Notes: generated by a model from the letters alone, not told the origin. 64,000 bases of DNA from Acidobacteriota bacterium (GCA_038040505.1 JBBPID010000014.1:8588-72587), one strand, 5' to 3'; positions 35,577 to 45,344 are shown, numbered from the stretch's first letter. A program made the numbers and translations.

Positions 35577-36122
35577 ATGAGTGCGATTGCAAGTGGAACA
35601 CAAGTAAGCAAAGAATTCGACCAACAGAAGAGTCTCGAGCGCCGCCGGGCTGAAGCTTTGGCGGACCGGATCGAGGAAGGCGCGGTGTTACTGGCTGCCT
35701 TCGCCGAGAATCTTACCGAAGCCGAGTGGCAGACGCCGGTATCCAGCACCGACCGCCGTCCGGTGGGCGTGATCGTGCATCATGTAGCCAGTGCCTATCC
35801 GGTTGAGATCGATCTGGCCAGGGCTATCGGCAGCGGAAAAGAGGTTACACAAGTTACCTGGGACGCGGTGGCGCAAATGAATGCCGGCCACGCGCAAGAA
35901 CACGAAGGGGTAACGAAGGCCGCTGCGCTTGAACTGCTGCGCCAGAACAGCCGCCAGGCGGCGGCCGCTGTGCGCGCGTTCACGGATGACGAGTTGGACA
36001 CGGCAGCGCCCTTTTCACTGAGCTTTGGCGCGCCGGTCACAGCGCAGTTCGTTATCGAGGACCATGCCCTGCGACACAGCTGGCATCACCTGGCGCGCAT
36101 TCGCAAGGCGGTCGGACGGTGA
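35577..36122 (+). CDS. DinB-family (four-helix, metal-binding) protein
   Basis: 181 aa. GAAGGAG RBS. His-containing helices (VIVHHVASAY, GHAQEHEG, RHSWHHLARI) are consistent with the DinB_2 type. Confidence 0.7.
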   Translation: MSAIASGTQVSKEFDQQKSLERRRAEALADRIEEGAVLLAAFAENLTEAEWQTPVSSTDRRPVGVIVHHVASAYPVEIDLARAIGSGKEVTQVTWDAVAQMNAGHAQEHEGVTKAAALELLRQNSRQAAAAVRAFTDDELDTAAPFSLSFGAPVTAQFVIEDHALRHSWHHLARIRKAVGR

Positions 36123-36269
36123 CCAGGTGAGTAGCCGGCGTTTGGAGGCCAGTCGCCAAATAAACTGGATGGCGTCCAGTTGAAAGGTGCGACGGGTTTG
36201 GGCATGAGCGCGCGGCTTTGAAATACCGCGATTGTCGTTCGCCGTTACGTGAGGTAGATTCGCGGCTCT

Positions 36270-36414
36270 GCCGCAGCACATAGCGGTAAGCCTCTGGCTT
36301 ACCGCAGCTGCGGTTCTAGATTCTGCGGCTACGCCGCCGCTGTTCGAGGCGCAGCCTCGAACTCTTTGAAAAGATTCGCCGGAAAGGCAGAGCCTTTCCG
36401 CAATGTGCTGCGGC
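36270..36414. other. Multi-hairpin element closed by a 12-bp helix (structured RNA or composite palindromic repeat)
   Basis: gccgcagcacat (36270-81) pairs with atgtgctgcggc (36403-14). Inside are perfect hairpins at 36283-36305 (10 bp), 36342-36362 (8 bp) and 36380-36400 (9 bp). Confidence 0.6.
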
Positions 36415-36552
36415 AAAGCCGCTCCTGAGCGCCGAAGCGTCGGGCCGCCGACATCGGAATGACGACCGGATTGCCGCCTTCCCGATCATTTTGAAACTGG
36501 CCGTGAGTGGCGTTCAAAGACAAAAAGCATCAAGTAGAGTCGACGCAGCGGT

Positions 36553-36588
36553 AAGCCCTCACCCTAACCCTCTCCCAGCGGGAGAGGG
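36553..36588. repeat. Family G copy 2 (inverted)
   Basis: gccctcaccctaa ccctctccc agc gggagaggg. Confidence 0.7.
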
Positions 36589-36723
36589 AATAGTTATCCA
36601 TTTGTGAGGAAGCCGCGATGAGTACGAGCGTGGAGACACGAATGTGACTGGTGCTCATGCGGATCTCCTATGTCTCGGCCACGGCCAATGTCGCGCTTGA
36701 GCTCGAGAGGGAGAGGACAGCTC

Positions 36724-37158
36724 CTACCACCTCCACTTTATGTAGTATCCGTTCGCTAACCGGTTTAGATCGTTTCTAACTCTGGCCCAATCGGCTTCGG
36801 CGTCCCCGCGCAGCCGGTGGGTACGCATGAACCCGTTAATCGTGCGGCCACGAGTCAGGACCTCGTTCGCGGCGCCGGGGGCGATCTTCTCGTCCTCAGC
36901 CCGGTCCTTTAGCCGGTCGGTCGCCTCCTCAAACCGCTTCACATACTCGTTGATCTCGTCTTCTGCACGAGTGCCATCCAGGCGGCTGTCATCCAGGGCG
37001 TGGTCCAGTGAGCTTTTGAAACGATCGGTATCCGTCTCAAGCTGCCGAATAATCTCGCGCAGGTTACCGCGATACCATGGCCTCTGTGCGCCCGAGTTGT
37101 TGCCCGAAACCGCCATGACCATCGCGGCCAGGACCGTCAGAATGAGAATCCTTTTCAT
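36724..37158 (-). CDS. Small secreted helical protein, unknown function
   Basis: 144 aa. Signal peptide MKRILILTVLAAMVMAVSG, followed by charged helical sequence. No motif recognised. Confidence 0.55.
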   Translation of the reverse strand: MKRILILTVLAAMVMAVSGNNSGAQRPWYRGNLREIIRQLETDTDRFKSSLDHALDDSRLDGTRAEDEINEYVKRFEEATDRLKDRAEDEKIAPGAANEVLTRGRTINGFMRTHRLRGDAEADWARVRNDLNRLANGYYIKWRW

Positions 37159-37507
37159 CGGTTTACCTCCGAGTTCAATTGGTTATTGTTGGTTAATGTC
37201 CGAAGCGCGACCGCTTGGTCACGGGGACAATTGATTTTGAGGCACACAGGTGAGAGGGCGACGAACCATGTTGCCGTTCGCAAGAGAGTAGATTTATCTA
37301 TCGGCGATTTTTTGCCGAGCTTCATGGCTTCCCCTTAGTTAAGCCTATGGTCGGTGACCTTCCGAAATTATGGCGAAGTGTACGCCTCGATTGTGGTGGG
37401 TTCAACATCTAAACGGGCATCAGCAATTGCAACGGAAATAGTAGAAGAACGAAGGGTACGAGCCAACCGTTCTGAGCACCGACCTTGTCGGGCTTTTGTT
37501 AACCAAA

Positions 37508-37545
37508 CAAAGACCCAACTAAAGTTGGTATCTAAACGCCGCTAA
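37508..37545. repeat. Family B half-copy
   Basis: caaagacccaactaaagttggtatctaaacgcc matches the right half of 31024-31112. Confidence 0.65.
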
Positions 37546-37786
37546 ATTAGAACACCATTCGCCGACGACGCCGGTTGACACGAAAGAGCGAATCCTTTTT
37601 AATCATGATTCCCCTTGAATTCCATCTGATTGCTTCGAGGCTTCGGCGGCCGGCCTTGAACCTGGATGGAAGAGTAATAACGCACATCCCCATTTCTCTC
37701 GTTCCCTCCGGTTTTTTATTAGCCTCCTGATGACTACTACTTAGGTGCAATAACTTCGACGCACCGGGTTTTCGATTGATTAAGGT

Positions 37787-39955
37787 ATGACTAAGAATTC
37801 TGTCGCTCCAATCCAAAGCGAGGATTTGGCCGCGCCCTGGCTGTCGGCCATCATTGAATCGGCCGACGATGCCATCATCTCCAAGACGCTGGAAGGGATC
37901 ATCACCAGTTGGAACCGCGGAGCTGAACGCATCTTCGGTTATACGGCTGACGAAGTAGTTGGGAAGCCGGTAACGATTTTGATTCCTCCCGATCACCTTG
38001 ACGAGGAGCCGGAGATTCTTGGAAAAATCAAAGCCGGCGAACGGGTTGAGCACTACGAAACAGTGCGATTACGCAAAGACGGAAGCCCGATTGATATCTC
38101 GCTAACCGTGTCGCCCATCAGAGCGGCCGATGGCAAAATTATTGGCGCTTCAAAGATTGCGCGGGACATCGGCGAGCGAAAGCGTGCGGAAGCGGCGTTT
38201 GCCGAGCAAAGCGAGATCATCGAAACCGTTAATCGCCTCGGTCAAGTTCTCGCCGCCGAGCTTGATTTATCTAAACTAGTGCAAGCGGTAATCGAAGCTG
38301 CCACGGAAATTTGCGGTGCGCGTTTTGGGGCTTTTTTCTATGACGTTCTGAACGAGCAGGGCCAACCCGAATTACTTTATGCGCTCTCACGAGTGCCGGC
38401 GGAAGCTTTCGCACACCTCTCAATGACGCGCAACGATGGACTCCTCAACTCTACCTTCAAACGCGCCGGCACAGTGCTCGTGGACGACGCAAAGAAAGAC
38501 CCAAGGTATGGCGCGAATTCTCCGTACTTTGGAACGCCGCAAGAACACTTGACGGTTACCAGCTATCTGGCCGTACCGGTCGTCTCTCGTTCAGGTGAGG
38601 TGTACGGAGGTTTGTTCTTCGGCCATCCCGGGGAAGGCATGTTTACTGAACGCGGCGCGCGAATCGTCGAGGGAATCGCCGCCCAGGCGGCAATTGCCAT
38701 GGACAACGCCCACCTTTACGAAGCGGCCCAACTGGCCCGCGTCGAGGCTGAACGTTCTGCGAAGGAAACCGAGCGACTGTATCGGCAGGCGCAGGAATCA
38801 AGCCAGTTGAAGGAAGAGTTTCTGGCAACCGTTTCACATGAGCTGCGAAATCCTCTTAATGCGATCCTCGGCTGGTCGCGTATGCTCCGCGGCGGACAAA
38901 TACCTCCGGACGGCGTCTCGAAGGCTCTCGACACAATCGAGCGGAATGCGCGCGCGCAGGCGCAACTGATAGATGACCTGCTCGATGTCTCGAGGATCAT
39001 TACCGGCAAGCTGCGTATGGATGTTCGCCCGGCCGACCCGAACCAATTCATCGAGGCTGCAATCGAAGCGGTCAAACCGGCGGCCGAAGCCAAGGGTGTC
39101 CGGATGCAGAAAGTGATGGATACCGGCGTTCTTTCTGTTCCCGGGGACCCGGTCCGCCTGCAACAGGTTGTCTGGAATCTCTTGTCGAATGCGATCAAGT
39201 TCACGCCCCGAGGCGGTCATGTGCAGGTGCGGCTTGAGAGAGTGAATTCACATGTCGAGATAATAGTCAGCGATACCGGACAGGGGATTTCGCCGGAATT
39301 TTTGCCGCACGTGTTTGACCGGTTCCGGCAAGCTGACCAGCGCAGCGCACGCGAACACGGTGGCATGGGACTTGGGTTGGCGATCGTGAAGCATTTGATT
39401 GAACTTCATGGCGGCACAGTGGGGGCGACGAGTCCGGGTGCGGGACAGGGAGCGACCTTCACTATCCGACTGCCGTTTGTTCCGGTCTATCAAGTGGATG
39501 CCGACGGGGGCCGGATTCATCCAGCAGCGCGCGATTTGCTGCCGGAAACCGAATGTCCCGAACGTCTGGATGGATTAAAGATACTGGTGGTTGACGACGA
39601 ACCGGACACCAGAGAGTTGTTACGAACCGGCCTGGAAAACTGCGGCGCGAAAGTCAGCGTGGCTGCCTCAGTCGTGGCAGCCCTGGGAGCGATCAAGACC
39701 TCGAAGCCCGACTTGGTGATTAGTGATATCGGCATGCCCGGTGAGGACGGTTACGACCTGATTCGCAAGTTACGATCGTCTCCGGCGGAAAACGGAAGCT
39801 CCATTCCCGCGATCGCCCTCACGGCCTACGCGCGCGTCGAAGATCGCCTCAAGGCACTCCGTTCTGGCTATCAGATGCACGTGCCCAAGCCGGTGGAATT
39901 GGCGGAACTGGTGGCGGTTGCCGACAGCCTGGTGAAGCGGTCAGGTGGATCTTGA
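37787..39955 (+). CDS. Hybrid sensor histidine kinase (PAS-GAF-HisKA-HATPase-REC)
   Basis: 722 aa. PAS region (ESADDAIISKTLEGIITSWNRGAERIFGY), H-box LATVSHELRNPLNAIL, N-box WNLLSNAIKFTP, G1 DTGQGI, G2 GGMGLGLAIVKHLIELHGG, and receiver ILVVDDEPD...DLVISDIGMPGEDG. Confidence 0.92.
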   Translation: MTKNSVAPIQSEDLAAPWLSAIIESADDAIISKTLEGIITSWNRGAERIFGYTADEVVGKPVTILIPPDHLDEEPEILGKIKAGERVEHYETVRLRKDGSPIDISLTVSPIRAADGKIIGASKIARDIGERKRAEAAFAEQSEIIETVNRLGQVLAAELDLSKLVQAVIEAATEICGARFGAFFYDVLNEQGQPELLYALSRVPAEAFAHLSMTRNDGLLNSTFKRAGTVLVDDAKKDPRYGANSPYFGTPQEHLTVTSYLAVPVVSRSGEVYGGLFFGHPGEGMFTERGARIVEGIAAQAAIAMDNAHLYEAAQLARVEAERSAKETERLYRQAQESSQLKEEFLATVSHELRNPLNAILGWSRMLRGGQIPPDGVSKALDTIERNARAQAQLIDDLLDVSRIITGKLRMDVRPADPNQFIEAAIEAVKPAAEAKGVRMQKVMDTGVLSVPGDPVRLQQVVWNLLSNAIKFTPRGGHVQVRLERVNSHVEIIVSDTGQGISPEFLPHVFDRFRQADQRSAREHGGMGLGLAIVKHLIELHGGTVGATSPGAGQGATFTIRLPFVPVYQVDADGGRIHPAARDLLPETECPERLDGLKILVVDDEPDTRELLRTGLENCGAKVSVAASVVAALGAIKTSKPDLVISDIGMPGEDGYDLIRKLRSSPAENGSSIPAIALTAYARVEDRLKALRSGYQMHVPKPVELAELVAVADSLVKRSGGS

Positions 39956-39961
39956 AGCCGC

Positions 39962-40045
39962 GAAGCAGTGAGCAGTGAGCAGTGGGCAGTGAGCAGTAAG
40001 ATCTGCGTCACTATGAATCTGCTCACTGCCTACTGCCCACTGCAG
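39962..40045. repeat. Heptamer array (GTGAGCA)n plus complementary array (TGCTCAC)n; a hairpin between convergent genes
   Basis: gaagca gtgagca gtgagca gtgggca gtgagca gtaag - atctgcgtcactatgaatc - tgctcac tgcctac tgcccac tgcag. It uses the same heptamer as 101-171. Confidence 0.9.
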
Positions 40046-40056
40046 TTCATCTGGAC

Positions 40057-40521
40057 CTACTGCTTATCGTAAACCGCCGTGTTCGTTACCCGTTTGCCTT
40101 TGGCGTTAGTTCCGGTCGTGGTTACCGTTCGGGTCTTGCCATCGGCTGAAACGACAACGCGACCGGTGAGAGTGACCTTGGCGCCTTTCTTAGCAGTTAA
40201 GGTTAAGGTGAGGCTGCCTATCTTCCGGTACGACCGCATATCGGACGTGGCGTCGCCGGTCACAGCGTAGAATTTCCCGTCAAACTTACCGGTCCATTCG
40301 TTGTGCGTCGGATTGCCTTCGCCGTCGGTTCCATCCACCGTTACCTTGGTGCTGTCGCCGGCAGCTTCGTAAACCACGGTGTGGTTCTTTTGTGCTCCCG
40401 GGCTGAACTTTGATTTGGCCTCATTCAGTTTCCAGTTACCCATCTGTGGGTTGTCGGTCTGCGCCGCGGCGACGCCAAAGCACAAGACGAGGAACGTCGC
40501 TAGAATCACTATTCGTTTCAT
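40057..40521 (-). CDS. Small secreted beta-rich protein, unknown function
   Basis: Start moved to the internal ATG at 40521 (MKRIVILATFLVLCFGVAAA). 154 aa, rich in T/K/G strands. Confidence 0.55.
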   Translation of the reverse strand: MKRIVILATFLVLCFGVAAAQTDNPQMGNWKLNEAKSKFSPGAQKNHTVVYEAAGDSTKVTVDGTDGEGNPTHNEWTGKFDGKFYAVTGDATSDMRSYRKIGSLTLTLTAKKGAKVTLTGRVVVSADGKTRTVTTTGTNAKGKRVTNTAVYDKQ

Positions 40522-40887
40522 ATCTTTCTCCTGACTGAAGTAGCAGATTGTTAAGAGCTGATGGCGCGCGATTCTAGTGCCATCCTCAGCTTTAAGCAAC
40601 TCATGCGCAGGGCGTCCAGAAGTCGAGTTCGGGCTAAGACGGGTGTCTAAATCGGCATCGGAGCGTCCGCCCGCCCCCCAGACAACCTCGGCGCCCGTGA
40701 GAGAGGCGGTGATTAAGTCATCCGCGCCGTTTGCGGACTGATAAATATGACCGGGGTTTAGGCGTAATATGCCTCACGCATCAGCGGTATTATCGCTCTT
40801 GGCGCATAATAAGTAGTCAAACGCTTCGTGAAATATTTTGCGTCGCGCTAGCACTAAGATTCCTGTTCGGCCTGATTACTTCCGATT

Positions 40888-42003
40888 GTGAGTCGCTACT
40901 TCCTTAATCAATCTGCGCGTTCCACCGCAAATCGTGGACTGTTCAGCACCGGAGAATATCGACAGGTGGAAGATTTCTTCGACACTCCACCGACTCCGCT
41001 CTGGCATTTGCGTCACCTCGCTGCCGAACTCGGTTTGGGAGACATCCTGCTAAAGGACGAATCGACGCGGATGGGTCTCAATTCTTTCAAGATTCTCGGA
41101 GTTTCATATGCAATCCATCGACTGCTCGAAGCCGGAGCGATCAATCGGACGGCGGTTCTTGCCTGTGCCACTGAAGGGAATCATGGTCTGGCGGTTGCCC
41201 GCGCAGCTCGCGAGCATAGTCTCAGCGCCATGGTTTATGTGCCCGGCGATTTAAAAGACGCGCGCGTGAAGACTCTCGAGCGAGAAGGTGCTCAGGTAGT
41301 TAAGGTAGATGGCGACTACGATGACGCGGTTCGTATGCTTTCGCGGGAAGCCAGCCTTAACCAGTGGACCATCATTTCGGACACTTCATGGCCAGGTTAT
41401 GAGGAGGTTCCTCATGCGATTATGGCTGGTTACACACACTTGATGGTGGAAGCCGTGCACCAGTTGTTGCCGGACTCACCGCCCGATGTCGTGATCGTGC
41501 AAGCCGGCGTTGGCGGTTTAGCTGGCGCGGTGATGAGCTGGCTATGCCATCGATATGGGACTGACCGACCTTTTACCATTCTGTGCGAACCCAAATCTGC
41601 GGACTGCTTCCTGGAATCTGCTTCAGCTGGAAACCTGGTTTTACGGCAGGGCCCGTTTGACACGATTATGGCGGGCCTCCGCTGCGGCGAGCCATCGGCC
41701 ATTGCCTGGCCGGTAATTGCATCTTCAGTCGACGCGTTTGTTTCGATCGAGGATGACTGGGTTAGGCGGGCAATGAAGTTTTTAGCGCATCCGTCGCATG
41801 ACGATCCTGTGGTAACCGCAGGCGCTTCGGGAGCCTGCGGCCTGGCGACCCTGCTGGCGATTCTTCAGGATAGCCAGCTTCGCCAGCTTTGTGAGGAATC
41901 CGGCATCGGACCCAAGTCTCGTGTACTTGTGGTAAATACTGAAGGGGCAACCGATCCGGAACTCTACGAGCGGATAATGAAAGCCGAATCAAATGAGATT
42001 TAA
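40888..42003 (+). CDS. Fold-type II PLP enzyme, diaminopropionate ammonia-lyase-like
   Basis: 371 aa, GTG start. KDESTRMGLNSFKILGVSYA carries the candidate Schiff-base Lys. Gly-rich loop VQAGVGGLAGAV. Confidence 0.7.
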   Translation: MSRYFLNQSARSTANRGLFSTGEYRQVEDFFDTPPTPLWHLRHLAAELGLGDILLKDESTRMGLNSFKILGVSYAIHRLLEAGAINRTAVLACATEGNHGLAVARAAREHSLSAMVYVPGDLKDARVKTLEREGAQVVKVDGDYDDAVRMLSREASLNQWTIISDTSWPGYEEVPHAIMAGYTHLMVEAVHQLLPDSPPDVVIVQAGVGGLAGAVMSWLCHRYGTDRPFTILCEPKSADCFLESASAGNLVLRQGPFDTIMAGLRCGEPSAIAWPVIASSVDAFVSIEDDWVRRAMKFLAHPSHDDPVVTAGASGACGLATLLAILQDSQLRQLCEESGIGPKSRVLVVNTEGATDPELYERIMKAESNEI

Positions 42004-42105
42004 GTCAATGGTAGGACCAGAGTATCATCGAATCTGTATCACTCACCACCAAACTAGTGTGGCTCATTCTTTCGGGTGGCTCATCACGATTGGAGAAGTG
42101 ACACG

Positions 42106-42588
42106 ATGAAGCAAGCAAAGAACACGATTTGCCTTTGGTACGATGGCGACGCCGAAGAGGCGGCGCGTTTCTACGCCAAGACCTTTCCCGATTCATCCGT
42201 TGGCGCGGTACACCGCGCACCGGGAGATTTTCCGTCCGGGAAGCAAGGGGATGTGTTGACGGTCGAGTTTACCGTGATGGGAATTCCTTGCCTCGGACTC
42301 AATGGCGGACCCACCTTCAAGCACAACGAAGCATTCTCGTTTCAGGTCGCAACCACTGACCAGGCCGAAACGGATCGTTACTGGAACGCGATCGTCGGCA
42401 ATGGCGGCGAAGAGAGTGCGTGTGGCTGGTGCAAGGACAAATGGGGCCTGTCCTGGCAGATTACGCCGGTGGCTCTGACAGAAGCGGTAACCGATCCCGA
42501 TCCCGCGGTCGCCAAGCGCGCTTTCGATGCGATGATGGAGATGAAAAAGATCGACATTGCTGCAATCGAGGCGGCGCGCCGCGGTTGA
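42106..42588 (+). CDS. VOC-superfamily protein (PhnB / 3-demethylubiquinone-9 3-methyltransferase-domain type)
   Basis: ATG 42106 is preceded by GGAGAAG. ICLWYDGDAEEAARFYAKTF ... CGWCKDKWGLSWQI is typical of this family. Confidence 0.78.
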   Translation: MKQAKNTICLWYDGDAEEAARFYAKTFPDSSVGAVHRAPGDFPSGKQGDVLTVEFTVMGIPCLGLNGGPTFKHNEAFSFQVATTDQAETDRYWNAIVGNGGEESACGWCKDKWGLSWQITPVALTEAVTDPDPAVAKRAFDAMMEMKKIDIAAIEAARRG

Positions 42589-42620
42589 GGCGAACAAACC
42601 TGCGAGCGGTTCTGTACCAA

Positions 42621-44480
42621 TCAGACACGCCCGGTAGGTTGCTCGCCCACAAACTCTAAAAGCTCCACGCCGTGGTCGAGAGCGACCAACTCCGCTGCCT
42701 TTTCGCCAATCATAATCGCCGCCGCGTTCGTGTTCCCGCTGACCACGTTGGGCATAACGCTCGCATCCGCCACGCGCAGGTTCCGGACACCTGATACGCG
42801 TAGTCGCGGATCGACGACACTGCCAATTCGGCAAGTGGAAGTCAGGTGATACACAGTGATTGAAAAATGCAGCGCAAGATCCTCGAGCAGGGCGTCGCTC
42901 AAAGTCCCGCCCTCCTGATAGCCGTGCTTCGCCGCGAGGAAGGGCGGCACTTGCAATGGTTCGATCGTGTTAGGCGCCGGCCAGTGCGCCACGACATCGA
43001 GGGCGCGACGCAGCACGGCGACCATCACCGTCATATCGTGCGCGTCTGCGAAATAGTTCATGCTAATGGCCGGGGCAACGGCGGGGTCCGCGCTTTCCAG
43101 TTGGATCTCGCCTTCACTGTGGGGCAACACCGGATTCGCCAGGACCAGCATGCTTTCGGCTTCGGTTGCCAAACGCTTTGAGACGTCGTCGAAATACCTC
43201 GCCGTATCGATGTTCAGGCACCAATGCCACAAGTCGTAATTGTATCCGCAGGGAATGTAAGCGATTTGCCCGTCGTGGCTGTGGTCGTCGCCGAGGCCGG
43301 TGGAAAACCAGGCGCCCGCTTCGTAAAGCGAGGAAGAAACCAGTCCGCAGCCGGTCGTTGCCCACTCAGCGAGGCGCCGCTCAGCCTCCTGCTTCAGGGC
43401 TTGCAGAGGAGCAGGCATCTGCTCGTCGTCCTGAGGATCAAGAGGCAAAGGTCCGGCGGGTTGGCGCAGAGCGCCAGGTCCCATCGACACTCCGACTTCA
43501 CCCATTGAGACGCCGACTCCCGGTGCCGGGAAGAATAGAGGCACTTGAATATGGTCCTTCAAATGCTTTCCCACATGAGGCGAATCGACGAGACACGAAA
43601 CCCCAATTGTTTCGAGTTCGCGGCGCGGCCCAACGCCGGACAGCAACAGCAGGTGCGGAGAACCGACGGCGCCTGCACTCAGGATCACTTCCTTGCTGGC
43701 GCGCGCAACGCCGATCTCGCCAGTCGCTTTGCGATACTCAACTCCCTTTGCCGCAATCCCTTCGGGCGAATCTTCCAGCAACACGCGCGTGGCTTGCGCC
43801 CCGGTAATGATCGTGAGGTTGGATCTGCTCTCCGGCTTTCCTTCCAGAAAGGCGCGATAGGTACTGGATCGCTTGCCCTGCCGAGTGTTGGTTTGAATCA
43901 GTGAAACGACACCAGTGGGTCCGCCGCGGTCGCGTCCGTTGTAATCTCCGCGCGGAATACCAGCCGCCTCGGCCGCTGCGACAAAGGCGCGAGCTCCCGG
44001 AAGAACCGGCGAGCGCACCGAAACTCCAAGCGGACCAGCGCTATTGTGCGCCGGCGCATCAACCACGATCTCTTCGCTGGGCACAAGCCCTTCGCTCTTC
44101 AGAAAATAAGGCAGTACCTCGGCGTAACTCCATCCGGTTGCGCCCTCTTCCGCCCACGAGTCAAAGTCCCGCGGGTGACCGCGCACATACGCCATGTAGT
44201 TAAGTCCGGAAGACCCACCGAGCATCTTGCCGCGCGGCACCGGAACGCGTCGCCCCCTCAGACCGAGCCCGGCCCTGCCGGGGTCCGCGGTAAACATCCA
44301 GTCCGTCGCCGGGTTCATCTGCATGCTCCCGCAGGCGACCGGCATCAGCTCTACATCGGGCGGCCGTTCTCCCGCCTCAATGAGCGCAACTCGGCAGCGC
44401 GGGTCTTCGGACAGCCGCGCCGCGATCACCGCGCCGGCTGATCCGCCGCCAACCACGACGAAATCAAAAACTTCGGGCAT
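42621..44480 (-). CDS. GMC-family FAD oxidoreductase (choline-dehydrogenase-like)
   Basis: Start set at ATG 44480 (MPEVFDFVVVGGGSAGAV), after GGAAAGG. Also GGSSGLNYMAYVRG, and the C-terminal HLTSTCRIG...LRVADASVMP. Confidence 0.88.
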   Translation of the reverse strand: MPEVFDFVVVGGGSAGAVIAARLSEDPRCRVALIEAGERPPDVELMPVACGSMQMNPATDWMFTADPGRAGLGLRGRRVPVPRGKMLGGSSGLNYMAYVRGHPRDFDSWAEEGATGWSYAEVLPYFLKSEGLVPSEEIVVDAPAHNSAGPLGVSVRSPVLPGARAFVAAAEAAGIPRGDYNGRDRGGPTGVVSLIQTNTRQGKRSSTYRAFLEGKPESRSNLTIITGAQATRVLLEDSPEGIAAKGVEYRKATGEIGVARASKEVILSAGAVGSPHLLLLSGVGPRRELETIGVSCLVDSPHVGKHLKDHIQVPLFFPAPGVGVSMGEVGVSMGPGALRQPAGPLPLDPQDDEQMPAPLQALKQEAERRLAEWATTGCGLVSSSLYEAGAWFSTGLGDDHSHDGQIAYIPCGYNYDLWHWCLNIDTARYFDDVSKRLATEAESMLVLANPVLPHSEGEIQLESADPAVAPAISMNYFADAHDMTVMVAVLRRALDVVAHWPAPNTIEPLQVPPFLAAKHGYQEGGTLSDALLEDLALHFSITVYHLTSTCRIGSVVDPRLRVSGVRNLRVADASVMPNVVSGNTNAAAIMIGEKAAELVALDHGVELLEFVGEQPTGRV

Positions 44481-44493
44481 GTCTACCTTTCCT

Positions 44494-45276
44494 CTACGCA
44501 GCCGTGTAGCCGCCGTCAATTAAGTAAGTTCCGCCGGAGCAATATGAAGAATCATCGCTCCCCAGAAACAACGCGAGCCGGGCGACTTCTTCATTGGTGC
44601 CGTATCGCTGCAAAGCGATCTTTGTGTTCAGGTCATCACGCACAACCTCGGGGTTATCCGGCGAGTATTGTGCTTCGAGTGAACGGATCATCCGGTTATC
44701 AATCGGCCCGGGCGCGATGGCATTGACTCGAATTTTCGACGGTCCCAATTCCAACGCGGCAGTCTTAACCAGACCGATGACCGCGTGTTTACTGGCAATG
44801 TAAGGAGCCATGGCCGGACTTCCAATTACGCCGGCTATTGAGGCCATGGCGATCATCGAACCGCCACCTCTTTGTTTCATCGGTTCGACGCAGTACTTCA
44901 TCGCCAGCCAGACGCCGATGACATTGGTGTTGAGCACCTGCTCAAAGTCGTTTCGGCTAAGGGCTTCAATGGGATTGAACTTTCCTTCGGTGCCCGCATT
45001 TGCCAGCAGGATATCCACGCCACCAAACGCGTCGATGGTTGCTTTCACTGCCGCCGCGGTGGCTTCTTCATCGCCGGCCTCGGCGACAAATTGGGCGAGT
45101 CCGGCGCCGGTGTTCAGGCGGTCGCGAGTTTGGCTGAGTTTGTCTGCGGAACGTCCCACCAGCATCACGCTCGCGCCCTCGCTCAGAAATAGTTTCGCGG
45201 TGGCCTCGCCGATACCGCCCGTCGCGCCGGTGACGATAGCGACTTTGCCCGACAGTCTTTTTTCATTTTGAGTCAT
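44494..45276 (-). CDS. Short-chain dehydrogenase/reductase (SDR)
   Basis: GKVAIVTGATGGIGEA (TGxxxGxG), NAG, and YIASKHAV (YxxxK). Start set at 45276 because the longer ORF start at 45303 reads through the octamer repeat. Confidence 0.9.
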   Translation of the reverse strand: MTQNEKRLSGKVAIVTGATGGIGEATAKLFLSEGASVMLVGRSADKLSQTRDRLNTGAGLAQFVAEAGDEEATAAAVKATIDAFGGVDILLANAGTEGKFNPIEALSRNDFEQVLNTNVIGVWLAMKYCVEPMKQRGGGSMIAMASIAGVIGSPAMAPYIASKHAVIGLVKTAALELGPSKIRVNAIAPGPIDNRMIRSLEAQYSPDNPEVVRDDLNTKIALQRYGTNEEVARLALFLGSDDSSYCSGGTYLIDGGYTAA

Positions 45277-45284
45277 AGTCTTGG

Positions 45285-45338
45285 AATTGATCCATTGATC
45301 CATTGAGTCATTGAATCAATGAGTCAATGAGCAACGGA
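45285..45338. repeat. Octamer array (CATTGANN)n followed by (CAATGANN)n
   Basis: aattgatc cattgatc cattgagt cattgaat caatgagt caatgagc aacgga. The 23-mer tcattgaatcaatgagtcaatga (45308-45330) is identical to 56920-56942. Confidence 0.9.
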
Positions 45339-45344
45339 TCAGTC

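Noticed and set aside
36015-36523. ORFs of 64-133 aa in the 36.1-36.7 kb gap as real genes
   Set aside because: They are Arg/Ala-rich translations running through perfect palindromes, with no RBS or motifs. The region is better explained as structured or repetitive non-coding DNA.
37547-38053. 168-aa minus-strand ORF upstream of and overlapping the hybrid kinase start
   Set aside because: It overlaps the PAS domain coding region of a clearly real gene, has no motifs or RBS, and part of it runs through a family B half-repeat.
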